This document shows, piece by piece, positions 34,774-45,552 of a stretch of 64,000 nt of DNA (positions are counted from its first letter, which is position 1; each line of letters opens with the position of its first letter). This stretch comes from a bacterium (GTDB lineage Bacteria > UBA8248). Both the position numbers and the translations under genes were made by a program. The stretch covers positions 1,408,001 through 1,472,000 of the forward strand of contig OZ242260.1 in assembly GCA_965207065.1 (NCBI GenBank), read 5' to 3'. Under the pieces are notes generated by a model. That model did no database searches and was not told where the DNA came from. It worked only from the letters and a program-made list of their open reading frames with translations.

Positions 34774-35499
34774 ATGCGTGTTGGAAAGAAACCGTTGAAT
34801 TCAATTCACCTGATCCTGTTCGACGTAGATGGCACCTTGCTTCTAAGCGGAGGCGCAGGGGCAGGAGCGTTGAATTTCGCTTTCGAGCGCATATACGGGA
34901 TCCCAAAAGCAATGCGTCATATTCATCCGCACGGGAAGACAGATGAACTCATCGTTCAAGAGATGTTTACCTCTCACATTGAACGTTGCGGGAGCGAACC
35001 CGAGGTGAAGGCTCTTCTGGAGAAATATGTAGAAATCCTGCCCCGCACAGTCCGGGATTCCAGGAATTTTCACCTGATGCCGGGGATTCCAGATTTGCTT
35101 TCATGTCTTAAGGGCCGAAATGACGTGTTCATGGGATTGGGAACGGGCAATATCGAAGCGGGTGCGCGAATCAAACTCTCTCGCGGCGGGTTAAATAGTT
35201 TCTTTTCGTTCGGGGGTTTTGGCTCTGATGCTGGAGACAGAACGGAGTTGCTGGAAGCAGGATTTCAGAGAGGCGAGCAAATCATTCAAAAACAATTTCC
35301 ATGTAAATCTATTACTCGTTGGGTGATAGGTGATACATGGCGTGACGTCGCGGCGGGTCGCGCATGTGGCGCGAAGACGATGGCCGTGGCCACGGGCGGC
35401 GATTCTCTTTATGAGTTGGCGAGTGCTTCTCCGGATTTTCTTTTTGCTACCCTGGAGGACACGGAGAGATTTTGTGAAATCCTGGACGCGGGTGATTAA
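34774..35499 (+). CDS. HAD-superfamily hydrolase
   Basis: LFDVDGTL, GTGN, VIGDT..DV; start uncertain (34774 or 34795). Confidence 0.88.
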   Translation: MRVGKKPLNSIHLILFDVDGTLLLSGGAGAGALNFAFERIYGIPKAMRHIHPHGKTDELIVQEMFTSHIERCGSEPEVKALLEKYVEILPRTVRDSRNFHLMPGIPDLLSCLKGRNDVFMGLGTGNIEAGARIKLSRGGLNSFFSFGGFGSDAGDRTELLEAGFQRGEQIIQKQFPCKSITRWVIGDTWRDVAAGRACGAKTMAVATGGDSLYELASASPDFLFATLEDTERFCEILDAGD

Positions 35500-35502
35500 G
35501 GG

Positions 35503-36186
35503 ATGAGTGAATCCTTATATCCGGTTGCGCCATGTGAAATCGCCCATGTCTACCGGCAAATTCCCGAGTGGACCATGGGCGAACTCGCCGATTTATCCGA
35601 GGTGCAATTGGATAGGACAGGTGCGGATAATTGGGCGCGTTGGTCCCCAAGAAGACAGCTCAGCCATATGGCCTACATTACGACGAGATGGTTCATGGTT
35701 CTCTACGGCGCTACCCGCCTGCCCTGGCCGGTTGTGGATATGAGCCAATTCAGCACGTTCATCAATACGCGAGATGATGATCGTCGTTTTTCCTCTGAGC
35801 GATATGGGGATATCGAGTGGCTGCATCTGCGTTTATCCGAAGTCTGTGAGGCGGCGGCGATCCAAGTTGAACAGCCGGAAATAAAGCCTTCGGCTGACAA
35901 ATCGCTTTTGTTTGTTTTCACGGACTCATCGGTCGTAGGTGTGAGCGAGGAGCGTGCCGTTGATTTGTGGAATCGGTGCATGAAATGCCACCCGGATGGA
36001 TTTACGATCGACGCTGACTACGCGCATGGATTTCGAGTGACGCCCCTGGCGACTTTGCGTCATGTACTTTGGGATGATTTGATTCACTTGCGCTCCATCA
36101 GGCTCCATCGTGAAGCCTTGGGTTTGTCTCCCGTCTATCCTGATGCACCCGTGGGCGGTTACGCTTCCGCCTATCCGGTTTCTTGA
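35503..36186 (+). CDS. DinB-like protein
   Basis: WSPRRQLSH and LRHVLWDDLIH His pattern. Confidence 0.65.
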   Translation: MSESLYPVAPCEIAHVYRQIPEWTMGELADLSEVQLDRTGADNWARWSPRRQLSHMAYITTRWFMVLYGATRLPWPVVDMSQFSTFINTRDDDRRFSSERYGDIEWLHLRLSEVCEAAAIQVEQPEIKPSADKSLLFVFTDSSVVGVSEERAVDLWNRCMKCHPDGFTIDADYAHGFRVTPLATLRHVLWDDLIHLRSIRLHREALGLSPVYPDAPVGGYASAYPVS

Positions 36187-36689
36187 TGAGTTTCCCGCTC
36201 CCATCTCGAGCGAATTTCCTTTTTTGGGTTTTTTTTATCTCATTTGCTTCTTTGGCAGGAGCGCTATTGTTTTTCTCGAAACCTCTATTTCTTGATAAAA
36301 TAGGTGTTAAAGCATCCTTGGCGGCAGAAGCAAAGAAGTTAAGAGGAATGCCTCCAGAGGCCATCGCAAAAAACGTAGGCCAAATACTCAAGAAATACCT
36401 GGACGCTTCAAAGCACACCAGCCGTGCGGATATTCAGGTTTCCGAGATAACACCTGAAAGGTTGTCTGTTGACATTTTGTTGCCATGGGCGGAAGTGAGC
36501 GCAAAAAAAAGAAGACAAAGAGCGGAATTAGTTTGTCGGCTCGGAAGCGATATGCTGGAACATGCGGGAGCAAAGGACACCATTTTCTTGGTGAATCTTT
36601 TACGCATGAGGAGAGACTCGACGACCAGCGAGTCTGTGGGTGCGATGATGTATTCTTCCAAAGACGAAAAATGCACGTGGAAAGAATAG
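36186..36689 (+). CDS. Hypothetical membrane-anchored protein
   Basis: Single N-terminal hydrophobic helix; translationally coupled to the upstream gene. Confidence 0.6.
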   Translation: MSFPLPSRANFLFWVFFISFASLAGALLFFSKPLFLDKIGVKASLAAEAKKLRGMPPEAIAKNVGQILKKYLDASKHTSRADIQVSEITPERLSVDILLPWAEVSAKKRRQRAELVCRLGSDMLEHAGAKDTIFLVNLLRMRRDSTTSESVGAMMYSSKDEKCTWKE

Positions 36690-36821
36690 CTTTTTCAGAT
36701 AGCAGGACTTACAAGAAGCCAAATCCATCAAATGCCGACGCCTTTTCTATGCAGAACTCCATTTCTGCTAGACTGGGCAAACATTTTTTTTATTTCTAAA
36801 GTTGAACTAAGGGAGGTGGTT

Positions 36822-37721
36822 ATGGCCCTGAAAACCGTTGCCATCATCAGCCCGGGAGATATGGGACATGCGGTTGGGCGAATGCTGGGTTTGCATGGGT
36901 ATGAGGTGATAACTTGTCTCGCAAACAGAAGCGAGCAGACGAAGCGCTTGGCCGCTGAAGGGGGAATTCGGGATTGCCCGACAATGGCCGAAATGCTGGA
37001 GCGCGCGGATATTGTTTTATCCATCGTGCCTCCGGGTTTCGCCACCCAGGCGGCGGACGAAGTGGCGGAATCCATGTCAGAATCTGGCCATTGCCCCCCA
37101 TACGCCGACTGCAACGCAGTGTCGCCGGAAACGGCGAAAGCTATCGCTAAGCAAATCTCAGATGCCGGAGCGGATTTCATCGATGGTGGGATATTAGGCC
37201 CCCCTCCGAGCGAGACGAGGAGCAACACCAGATTTTACTTCAGCGGCGAGCGGGCGGAGTTGCTTGCGGTATTGGATGGCAAGGGGATTGTGGTTCGCTT
37301 GCTCGGAACGGAAATTGGTCGCGCATCTGGAATCAAGATGTGTTACGCAGCCCTTACAAAGGGAACCCATGCTCTTCAAACTGCCGTAATTACTCTGGCC
37401 GAAGCGCTTGGCCTCACCGAAGAAGTAAGTCATGAGTTTCAAACAAGCCAGGAGGCTTCTTATAAACAGATAGCGTCAAGCGCCCCCCGTCTTCCTGTCG
37501 TGGCGTGGCGGTATATCGACGAGATGAAACAAATTGCGCAGACTTTTGAGGCAGCCGGCGTCACGCCGAAGTTTCATGAAGGAGCGGTTGACATCTATAC
37601 CCACCTCGCGACGACTCCTTTGGCGGAGCAAACCCTGGAGAAGAGGGACAAGAGCTTATCTCCACAACAAGCGGCGGCGGTGTACGCAAAACACTTGCCG
37701 ATGAAAATAGACGACAATTGA
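36822..37721 (+). CDS. NAD(P)-dependent oxidoreductase, 6PGD/HIBADH-like
   Basis: ISPGDMG, DCNAVSP, FIDGGILGPPP, ASGIKMCYA; GGAGG RBS. Confidence 0.88.
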   Translation: MALKTVAIISPGDMGHAVGRMLGLHGYEVITCLANRSEQTKRLAAEGGIRDCPTMAEMLERADIVLSIVPPGFATQAADEVAESMSESGHCPPYADCNAVSPETAKAIAKQISDAGADFIDGGILGPPPSETRSNTRFYFSGERAELLAVLDGKGIVVRLLGTEIGRASGIKMCYAALTKGTHALQTAVITLAEALGLTEEVSHEFQTSQEASYKQIASSAPRLPVVAWRYIDEMKQIAQTFEAAGVTPKFHEGAVDIYTHLATTPLAEQTLEKRDKSLSPQQAAAVYAKHLPMKIDDN

Positions 37722-37738
37722 TGTCTTGAGGGAGCGAT

Positions 37739-38410
37739 ATGCCAGAAGACTTATCCACACAAGGACTGGATGTTTTTCCGGAATACAGAAATATGGCGGA
37801 TTTGTTTCGAGAAGAAACGGACGGGCTTCCGCAGGATTTATGGGAATGGAAGCTGCCAGAGAAGAGTTGGGGAGCTTGGTCGATTAAAGAACAAATCAGT
37901 CACACAGCATGGATCCCGTATCTTTTTTTCCTGGAATTCTGGCCCCCCGTTTTGTATCCGGATTCCTTGCCGCGAGATAAATCTCTGGCGGATCAAGGTG
38001 GAGCGGACAGAATGCTCGATCCCGTCCGGTTTCCTGGTGCGTCCGATGTGCTGGCAGCGCTTGATGACGCGTGCGCCTTGTGTCGGGAGGTTTTATCAAG
38101 CGAGACGCTTGCTACGCTAAGAGATAAGGAATTGCCCAGAAAATATTCGCCGGACAGAACGTGGGCAAACGGAGAGCGAGTGATTGATTATTTTCAAAAT
38201 CTTGTTCTGCCTGCTCATGAGACGGGCTTTCGTAAAGACGAAAACGATCCTTATTTGTATTACCAGACGCTTGAGTGCTCTTTCCGCCACATTTTGTGGG
38301 AATCCTATGTGCACCTGATCACCATTCAGGAGTTCAAGCGAATCAAAGGCTTGCCGATTCATTCAACCGTTCCTAGAGACGGATATGCCGCAATGCTCAT
38401 CTGGGAATAA
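37739..38410 (+). CDS. DinB-like protein (paralogue of 35503-36186)
   Basis: WSIKEQISH and FRHILWESYVH. Confidence 0.7.
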   Translation: MPEDLSTQGLDVFPEYRNMADLFREETDGLPQDLWEWKLPEKSWGAWSIKEQISHTAWIPYLFFLEFWPPVLYPDSLPRDKSLADQGGADRMLDPVRFPGASDVLAALDDACALCREVLSSETLATLRDKELPRKYSPDRTWANGERVIDYFQNLVLPAHETGFRKDENDPYLYYQTLECSFRHILWESYVHLITIQEFKRIKGLPIHSTVPRDGYAAMLIWE

Positions 38411-38480
38411 ATGAGTTCATTCCCTCATATTATTTTGTATTCGTAGTTCTGAATCTTCTTTTCCGAAAAGGAGGTTATTC

Positions 38481-40346
38481 ATGACAACTCCTAGCCGGGG
38501 AATAGGTGCGCTGCGTGAGTATTTATATGGTGAAGATATTGGGCAGGCAAAGATAGAGCCTGAAGGCCCGATCATAGTGGGCAGATTGGGGAAGTGGCGC
38601 ATCATCTACGAAGTTGGCCCGCGCGGAATCAAACGCGACGGGGGTCTTCGCTTCACACCGCCGAATGGGTTCACTACGCCCCAATTCAAGGAAATGACAG
38701 ATCCGGGATATTGCAAATTCCGATGTTCGAATGAAGATGTTGTTTTAGTTCCATCATTGGTTGAACCTGTGCTCGGCTATACTTTCCTTCCGGCCAGCCT
38801 GGAATTGAAGGTTCAGAATTCCTCATTGGTGGAAGGTGATTCCATTGAAATCGAATATGGCTGGACGCCATCCGGCATCCCCGGCGTGCAGGCGCAAGCC
38901 TTGTCCATGTCCGTGGAGTTTACTTTATCCATAGATTCGGCTGGAGAAGGAAACTGGGAACTTCTTTCAAATCCTACGATCTTTGATGTACTGCCCGAGG
39001 AGCCATCCTTCCTTTGGGTTACGGGTCCTGCGCAGGTAGTCACAGGAGGGGGCTTTTCCGTCCGGGCGGTAGTTCGAGATTGCTTTCATAACGTTGCGCC
39101 AAAGGGAGCACCAATCCCGAAACTTCAAATGCCTGATGGGAAAACGGAGTCTTTTCGTCAGGAGTCGCCCGGGGTTTTTATCTGTGAAAATGTGGTTTTG
39201 GGAGCGCGGGGCGTTCATCGGCTGAAGGTCTCGGCGGATAGTTTGCCGGCCGTTCATACGCCACCGATCAAGGTGTTGGATGAAACCCCGGAGCGCATGC
39301 TTCTTTTTGGCGACCCGCATTGCATGAGCGGGTTGTGCGTGGGGGAGTACCCGAGACCATCAACCGCGCGTGAAATCGTGGAGTATGTCCACGCCTATGC
39401 GCGGGATTGCGCGGGTGTGGATTTCGCCGCCTGCACTTCTTTGGCCATGCGGATGGATGAAGCGCAATGGAAAGAAGTCACCGAGGCGGCGAATCGTTTT
39501 TCTGAATCTGGGAATTACGTAGCTCTGCCTGCGTATGAATGGTTTGGCATGCTCGAGCAAGACGGGAACAAGAATGTCTATTTCCTGGATGATCAGGATA
39601 TCCCGAAGCTGGACTCCCGCAGTTCCGACTCCGATCATCCGGAAAAGCTCTGGAAACAACTCGAAAAATTCGAGGGCCGCGTGATGACGATTCCCCATCA
39701 CTCGGTGAGTGCTGTGATTGGTACCCGCTGGCGCTGGCACGACCCGAGGTTTCAGCGCCTCGTTGAAATATATTCCTGTTGGGGGAACTCAGAAGCCAAG
39801 GATTGTGAGAGACCATTAGTTAATCCGGCGCGCTATGAAGGACAAAGCGTGCAGGATGCGCTTGAGAAAGGATATCGATTGGGCATCATCGCCGGATCGG
39901 ATACGCATACCTCTCAGCCTGGGTTCTCGAACCGCTTGCGCCTCAAGAATGCCTGGAGAGGCGGATTGGCTTGTGTCTGGGCGGAGACCTTCGATCGGGA
40001 AGGGATATTCAAGGCCCTTTGGGAGCGGCGTTGCTACGGCACGACAGGCGCGCGGATTATTCTTGAATTTTTCCTGAACGATGCGCCAATGGGTTCAGAG
40101 AATAAATTGGATGAATCTGCCAAGAGAAAACTCATGATTCAGGCTGAAGCTTGCTCCCCCGTTCATAAGGTCGTCATCATCAAGAATGCGAGAGAAATTC
40201 ATGTGGCTGAACCGGGGCGGGAGTCGGTCTCTGTTGAGTGGATCGATCCGAGCGGCAGGGAACGAGAATCGGATTATTATTATGTGCGTCTGATACAGGA
40301 CGATGGAGAAATGGCTTGGTCGAGTCCTATCTGGGTGGATGGCTAA
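38481..40346 (+). CDS. PHP-fold metallohydrolase (DUF3604/CehA-McbA-like)
   Basis: FGDPHC, AYEW, IPHH, LVEIYSCWG, GSDTH, RRCYGTTG, YYYVR...AWSSPIW. Confidence 0.82.
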   Translation: MTTPSRGIGALREYLYGEDIGQAKIEPEGPIIVGRLGKWRIIYEVGPRGIKRDGGLRFTPPNGFTTPQFKEMTDPGYCKFRCSNEDVVLVPSLVEPVLGYTFLPASLELKVQNSSLVEGDSIEIEYGWTPSGIPGVQAQALSMSVEFTLSIDSAGEGNWELLSNPTIFDVLPEEPSFLWVTGPAQVVTGGGFSVRAVVRDCFHNVAPKGAPIPKLQMPDGKTESFRQESPGVFICENVVLGARGVHRLKVSADSLPAVHTPPIKVLDETPERMLLFGDPHCMSGLCVGEYPRPSTAREIVEYVHAYARDCAGVDFAACTSLAMRMDEAQWKEVTEAANRFSESGNYVALPAYEWFGMLEQDGNKNVYFLDDQDIPKLDSRSSDSDHPEKLWKQLEKFEGRVMTIPHHSVSAVIGTRWRWHDPRFQRLVEIYSCWGNSEAKDCERPLVNPARYEGQSVQDALEKGYRLGIIAGSDTHTSQPGFSNRLRLKNAWRGGLACVWAETFDREGIFKALWERRCYGTTGARIILEFFLNDAPMGSENKLDESAKRKLMIQAEACSPVHKVVIIKNAREIHVAEPGRESVSVEWIDPSGRERESDYYYVRLIQDDGEMAWSSPIWVDG

Positions 40347-40358
40347 GAGGGAGCGGTT

Positions 40359-41540
40359 GTGGCGCAAGAAACGGCGGATGCCGTCGTCATAGGTGGTGGT
40401 GTGATGGGATGTTCCATCGCCTATCAGTTGGCGAAACGAGGATTTGGAAAAATTATCCTTTGTGAACGTGATGGCATTGCGTCTGGTTCCACGGGCGGAT
40501 CCTCGGCGCTGATTCGCATGCACTATTCCAATAAAAGCACCATTCAGATGGCTTGGCGGTCCCTGTTGGCGTTTGAGGAATTCGAGGAATATTCCGAGGG
40601 CGGCCAGGCGGGTTTCATGCAAACCGGATACTTGGTGCTGGCGGATGATTCTCTTCGTGATGGTGTGAAAAAGAACGTGGAGCTTGCGCAATCCCTCGGG
40701 ATAGAGACCCGCTGGATAGAAAGAGAGGATATCTCTCGATACGCCCCATGGGCCCAACTGGGTGATGTTGTTGGGGCGGCATACGAACCGAGAAGCGGGT
40801 ATGCGGATCCACATGGAGTGACTTCTGGATTTGCAGAGGGCGCTAAAAAATATGGTGCGCGAATTCGACAGAATTGTCCCGTGATAGGAGTGAATTTCGA
40901 TAACCGTGGACAGGCGCGAGTAGAGACATCTCGGGATGTCATTGAGACCCCGGTAGTTGTAAACGCTTCCGGGGCTTGGGTGAATAAGGTGGCCGCTCTA
41001 AGCGGACACCGATTTCCGGCGGAGGCCATCAGAGAGCAAGATACTGTTTTTGATGCCGTAGGTAGAGATGGCGAGAGGGTTGAAATTGTAGTCTATGATG
41101 GTCCGACACGCTTGTACTTCCGACCGGAAGGGCGAGATTTACTCCTCATAGGCCGCGACAACATAGAACCCGAGTATGTCGACCCGGATGATTTCAACAA
41201 AAAAGAAGACATGGAATTCGTTCTCGATGTTCTGGAGAGGATGCAAAGGCGTTGGCCGGATTTTGAAAATGCGAAACTTTTCCGCGGCTGGGGTTGCTTG
41301 TACTGCATTACGCCTGACTGGATGCCCATTCTTGATTGTCACCCCGAGATTCCGGGCTACTTCATTTGCACTGGTATGAGCGGCCATGGCTTCAAGTTGG
41401 CGCCCGCAGTGGGAGAGATGATGGCGGAGTTGATCATGACCGGAAGTTGCGAGGAGCCTGATATCAGCGACTATCGCCTGACGCGTTTTGATGAAGGCGA
41501 TTTGATGCAAAGTGTTTTCGGAACTGGCTTTCAGGGCTGA
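40359..41540 (+). CDS. FAD-dependent oxidoreductase, DAO/sarcosine oxidase beta family
   Basis: VIGGGVMG, VNASGAW, TPDWMPI, GMSGHGFK. Confidence 0.92.
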   Translation: MAQETADAVVIGGGVMGCSIAYQLAKRGFGKIILCERDGIASGSTGGSSALIRMHYSNKSTIQMAWRSLLAFEEFEEYSEGGQAGFMQTGYLVLADDSLRDGVKKNVELAQSLGIETRWIEREDISRYAPWAQLGDVVGAAYEPRSGYADPHGVTSGFAEGAKKYGARIRQNCPVIGVNFDNRGQARVETSRDVIETPVVVNASGAWVNKVAALSGHRFPAEAIREQDTVFDAVGRDGERVEIVVYDGPTRLYFRPEGRDLLLIGRDNIEPEYVDPDDFNKKEDMEFVLDVLERMQRRWPDFENAKLFRGWGCLYCITPDWMPILDCHPEIPGYFICTGMSGHGFKLAPAVGEMMAELIMTGSCEEPDISDYRLTRFDEGDLMQSVFGTGFQG

Positions 41541-41543
41541 GAT

Positions 41544-42323
41544 CTAGGATTTGGGTCTGGGGTACACTTCGATAAGAGGGAATATCTTTTCCGCATTTTC
41601 TTTTAGGCCAAAGAAGACAGGGCCTTCGGCTTTTTCGCCATTCGCCAGTTTCTGGAGATCCAGAGAATGGCCGTCTGGGTGATATGCGCCTCCCCCCACT
41701 TCCTGTAATACGGCGAGGGGGCCCAAGATATCCCAAATTTGGGGTCTATCGACCAGAGCGGCGATGACGCCTCCGGTAGCCGCGTACGCCACGTGTGCGG
41801 AAGCGCTTCCATAGGCAACGGATTTTCCTGGATAATCTATTTTGTAAAATCGTTTTCGGGACGAAGGCCCTAGCATGACGGTTTGATTGGTTATTTCCGT
41901 ATCCTTTAGATTCGGGAGTTTCTTCTTGTTTTTGGTGGCGCCATCTCCTTCGAGTGCAAGGAACATCTCATCCACGGCGGGCATATAGAACCCTCCGGCG
42001 AGAGGCTTCCCGTTTTCCATGACGCCGATGGATACGCCCCATGTGGGCAGACCGTTCAGAAACGGATTGGTGCCATCAATGGGGTCAATCGCCCAAAGTC
42101 GGGGGTGCTTCTGGTTTTGCGCTTCTCCGCTTCCGAGTTCTTCTCCAATCACATTGTCGTTCGGGAAAGATGTTTTTAGGCAGGAAAGAATGAATTTTTC
42201 AACTTCGAGATCGGCCTCACTGACCAAGCTCCTGTCTTGTTTCAGAATACCTTTCACATTATGCGTGAACGACAAAGCCAGTTTGCCCGCATCTTTGAGT
42301 GTTTTTTCTATGAATTCGATCAT
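41544..42323 (-). CDS. Inositol monophosphatase family protein
   Basis: VSEAD, IGEE, WAIDPIDGT, IWDI. Confidence 0.92.
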   Translation of the reverse strand: MIEFIEKTLKDAGKLALSFTHNVKGILKQDRSLVSEADLEVEKFILSCLKTSFPNDNVIGEELGSGEAQNQKHPRLWAIDPIDGTNPFLNGLPTWGVSIGVMENGKPLAGGFYMPAVDEMFLALEGDGATKNKKKLPNLKDTEITNQTVMLGPSSRKRFYKIDYPGKSVAYGSASAHVAYAATGGVIAALVDRPQIWDILGPLAVLQEVGGGAYHPDGHSLDLQKLANGEKAEGPVFFGLKENAEKIFPLIEVYPRPKS

Positions 42324-42476
42324 TGGGCACCAAACATTCCGGTTGCACTGAGCGCGGATACTTCGCTATTGGGAGCAACCTATCTTGTGGCGTGAAAACT
42401 TTCCAGCCCTTTGGGGGAATCTCCCAAATCACTAAACCCAGCACCTATTTTGTTTTGATTAGGATAAGATTTGCGC

Positions 42477-43898
42477 ATGGCTCGTTTGCAAACGGAAACA
42501 AAACGATATGATTACACCAAAGGCCCTATCGGGCGAGGTTTGGTGGTTCTTTCCCTGCCGATTTTCGCGGAACTGATTTCCTGGAATATCGATACCATTG
42601 TTGAAATTTACTGGGTAGGCCGGTTGGGTTCAGACGCGCTCGGAGCTATGTCTTTGGCTTATATGATTCCCATGATGGTGAGAGCGGTGGGCATGGGAAT
42701 TCGAGTAGCCGGTCAAGCGCTGGTTGCGCAAAGAGTCGGAGCGAATGATGATGAGGGTGCTGCTCTTATCGCAGGCCAATGTATTTTGCTTCAAACGCTC
42801 TTCTTCATTCCCTTATGTTGCGCAGGATATATTTTCTCGCCTTATTTAATAGGATGGATGACGTCTGATCCGAGGCTTTTGTATTTGTCGACGATTTACC
42901 TAAGAGCCGGGTTTCTCATGCTTTTGTTCGTTGACGGAATATTCACCCTTGCAAATATATTTCGTGGCGCCGGCGAGCCAAAGTATTCGCTCTTCGGCAT
43001 GATTATCAATTCAGGCGTCGCATTCATCGCCATGCCCGCTTTCATCTTTGGTTTCGGGTTGATTCCCCCGTTGCATCTGGCCGGCGCGTATATCGGATTA
43101 GGCATCGGCAGGATGGCGGGTTGTGTCGTGATGCTGATCATTCTTTTCAAGGGGAATGCCAGAATACGCCTGAATTGGCGCCATCTGATTCCGCGGTCCT
43201 CTGAGATGAAGCGAATCCTGGGACTGGGTTGGCCCGCCTGGGGGCAAATGTTTTTTGAGAGAGGCGCTAACCTGGTATTGGTATGGATGCTTGCTCCTTT
43301 TGGCGCGCTGGCGCTTGCAGCGTGGGGTCTTGGCAGTCGTGTCAACAATATGGGGAGAATGCCCGGATTTTCACTTCAAGGAGCAGTTCGCACGATGGTG
43401 GGCCAAAACATCGGTGCGAGAAAGCCTGAGCGGGCGATTCGCAGCGCCTGGGTGACGGTGGGGGCGGTTGTTTCCATCATGGTTGCCGTTAGTACGGGAT
43501 TGGTTGTTTGGAGCAAAGAAGTCGTTACTTTTTTCGGGGTGAAAGGCGCCGCTTTGCCCCATGCGGTGATTTGCCTGCAAATTTTGTGTGTAGGTCTTGG
43601 ATTTGAGGCTACGAGGCGTGTAGTAGCGGGGATATTTGAAGGAGCTTCATCCACAAGGCCCCCCATGGTAGTTGAAGCAATCGTTCGCTGGGTCGTGCAG
43701 TTGCCGGGCGCCTATATGCTGGCGGTTTGGATGGGATTTCGGGAGTTGGGAATTTGGTGGGCGGTGGCTGGGAGTCAGCTAATCGGTGGTTTGGCGTTGT
43801 TCTTGTGGTTTGCGTTCGGCTGGCGGCGACGGATAGAAAATATGGCGCCAAAGGCTAAGTCATCTGCATCATCAATGGTTAAGTTCCCCTCCTCATGA
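42477..43898 (+). CDS. MATE family efflux transporter
   Basis: About 12 TM helices, VGRLG, FRGAG, VGQNIGA. Confidence 0.9.
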   Translation: MARLQTETKRYDYTKGPIGRGLVVLSLPIFAELISWNIDTIVEIYWVGRLGSDALGAMSLAYMIPMMVRAVGMGIRVAGQALVAQRVGANDDEGAALIAGQCILLQTLFFIPLCCAGYIFSPYLIGWMTSDPRLLYLSTIYLRAGFLMLLFVDGIFTLANIFRGAGEPKYSLFGMIINSGVAFIAMPAFIFGFGLIPPLHLAGAYIGLGIGRMAGCVVMLIILFKGNARIRLNWRHLIPRSSEMKRILGLGWPAWGQMFFERGANLVLVWMLAPFGALALAAWGLGSRVNNMGRMPGFSLQGAVRTMVGQNIGARKPERAIRSAWVTVGAVVSIMVAVSTGLVVWSKEVVTFFGVKGAALPHAVICLQILCVGLGFEATRRVVAGIFEGASSTRPPMVVEAIVRWVVQLPGAYMLAVWMGFRELGIWWAVAGSQLIGGLALFLWFAFGWRRRIENMAPKAKSSASSMVKFPSS

Positions 43899-45265
43899 CA
43901 TCAGAGAAGCGCTATGACTATACAAAAGGCTCCATTGGTTTTGGGTTGTTTCGCTTGGCTGTTCCCTCATGCCTGGAGCCGATAGCCTGGAACGCCGACA
44001 TACTGGTCGAAATTTTTTGGGTGGGGCGTTTAGGGCCCGAATATCTGGCTGCGATGTCTTTGAGTTTTATGATCATCTTCTTTTTTCGTGCGATTGGTTT
44101 TGGCATCAGAATCGCGGGCAGCGCTTTGGTGGCTCAGAGAATCGGAGCGAAAGAACCTGAACAAGCAAGCCACGCGGCGGGCCAGGCGTTTGTGCTGGCA
44201 GGAGTCTATTACGTTGCAATCAGCATTCTTGGGTATGTGTTGTCGTCGCACTTGCTTGGTCTGTTAACTTCTGATGCGAATGTGATGCGAGTAGGCGTCG
44301 GATATTTGCAGGCATCTTTTCTCACTATTGCGTTCGTGGATGGTATTTTCACGGTCTCGCATAAGTTGAAAGCGGCCGGCGAACCTGGAAAATCTTTGAT
44401 TGGCCTTGGAATTTCGACGCTTTTGTCGATCACGTTCATTCCTCTCCTGATTTTTGGTCTGGGGCCGTTCTCGGGGTTTGGACTTCCGGGTTCCGCCGTT
44501 GGTATTGGAATAGGTCGTGTCATAGGAATTTTGGTCGTCCTGTGGATTTTGACATCGGGACGTTCTCGAATCCGTATCAGGTGGATTCATCTCAAGCCCC
44601 ATGCGCAAACCATGCGGCGCATCATTCATTTGGGCTGGCCTGCAGCGGCACAGAACATGCTTGAGCGCGGCGCCCTTCTCATATTGCTGAAGGTTTTGGC
44701 ATTGTTTGGGCCAGTGGTGTTAGCTGCATGGTCGATTGGGAATCGGCTCGGGACATTTTCGCGATTGCCCGGTTTCGGGATTCAGTCTGCCGTCCGGACG
44801 ATGGTGGGCCAAAACATAGGCGCTAACCGGCCGGATCGGGCGCTGAAAAGCGTCTATCTCGCTACGGTCGGCTTGTTCGTCTTGATGTGTGGCGTGACGT
44901 TTCTTTTGTATTTTTATGCAAGGGAAATTGTCTTGATCTTCGGAATGAAAAACGAGGGAATCGATGTTGGCGTCACTTGTGTTCGAATACTCAGCATTGG
45001 CACATTGTTTGAAGCTATCCGGCGAATGTTGGCGGGTGCCTTTCAAGGTGCGGCGAACACGAAGCCTCCAATGGTTGTGGAAGCCTTCATCAGGTGGGGT
45101 TTTCAAATCCCTCTTGCGTATTTTGCCGCTTTGCCGTTTGGATTCGAAGCCTCTGGTGTCTGGGCCGCGATGACAATAAGCCATTTAATGGGTTGCGCAT
45201 GCCTCTTGGTTTGGTTCTTAGTTTGGAGCCGGAGAAGGGGAATAGGCTCACATGCGGAAACTTGA
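43895..45265 (+). CDS. MATE family efflux transporter (tandem paralogue)
   Basis: RYDYTKG, VGRLG, VRTMVGQNIGA, PPMVVEA shared with the preceding gene; ATGA overlap. Confidence 0.9.
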   Translation: MTSEKRYDYTKGSIGFGLFRLAVPSCLEPIAWNADILVEIFWVGRLGPEYLAAMSLSFMIIFFFRAIGFGIRIAGSALVAQRIGAKEPEQASHAAGQAFVLAGVYYVAISILGYVLSSHLLGLLTSDANVMRVGVGYLQASFLTIAFVDGIFTVSHKLKAAGEPGKSLIGLGISTLLSITFIPLLIFGLGPFSGFGLPGSAVGIGIGRVIGILVVLWILTSGRSRIRIRWIHLKPHAQTMRRIIHLGWPAAAQNMLERGALLILLKVLALFGPVVLAAWSIGNRLGTFSRLPGFGIQSAVRTMVGQNIGANRPDRALKSVYLATVGLFVLMCGVTFLLYFYAREIVLIFGMKNEGIDVGVTCVRILSIGTLFEAIRRMLAGAFQGAANTKPPMVVEAFIRWGFQIPLAYFAALPFGFEASGVWAAMTISHLMGCACLLVWFLVWSRRRGIGSHAET

Positions 45266-45552
45266 TGTTGATGATAATCAAAACAGTTGTTTCGTGTGAT
45301 GCCAAAGCACAACGGTAACTGCGGAAGTGCAACGATGGAGCGGGTCGGAGCCATGAAACGCCATGAATCAACCGTCATGGCTCAGTAGCTCACAGGCGCT
45401 TTGGCCGTCAGAATCATTGGTGGCTGCGTCGAAGCATGTTCGCGTAGGGCTGAAATTCAGTAGTATATGTATATAAGGTGAGGTTGGTTGATATCGTATC
45501 TGTTTTTCACCTCAAAATGGCTGGCGTAAAAGATGTTGAAAGCGAGAGACTC

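Noticed and set aside
23079-41540. Other TGA stops (23081, 26252, 29410, 33863, 41540) as further Sec codons
   Set aside because: Each falls at the natural C-terminus of its family, with no Cys-equivalent motif or conserved continuation.
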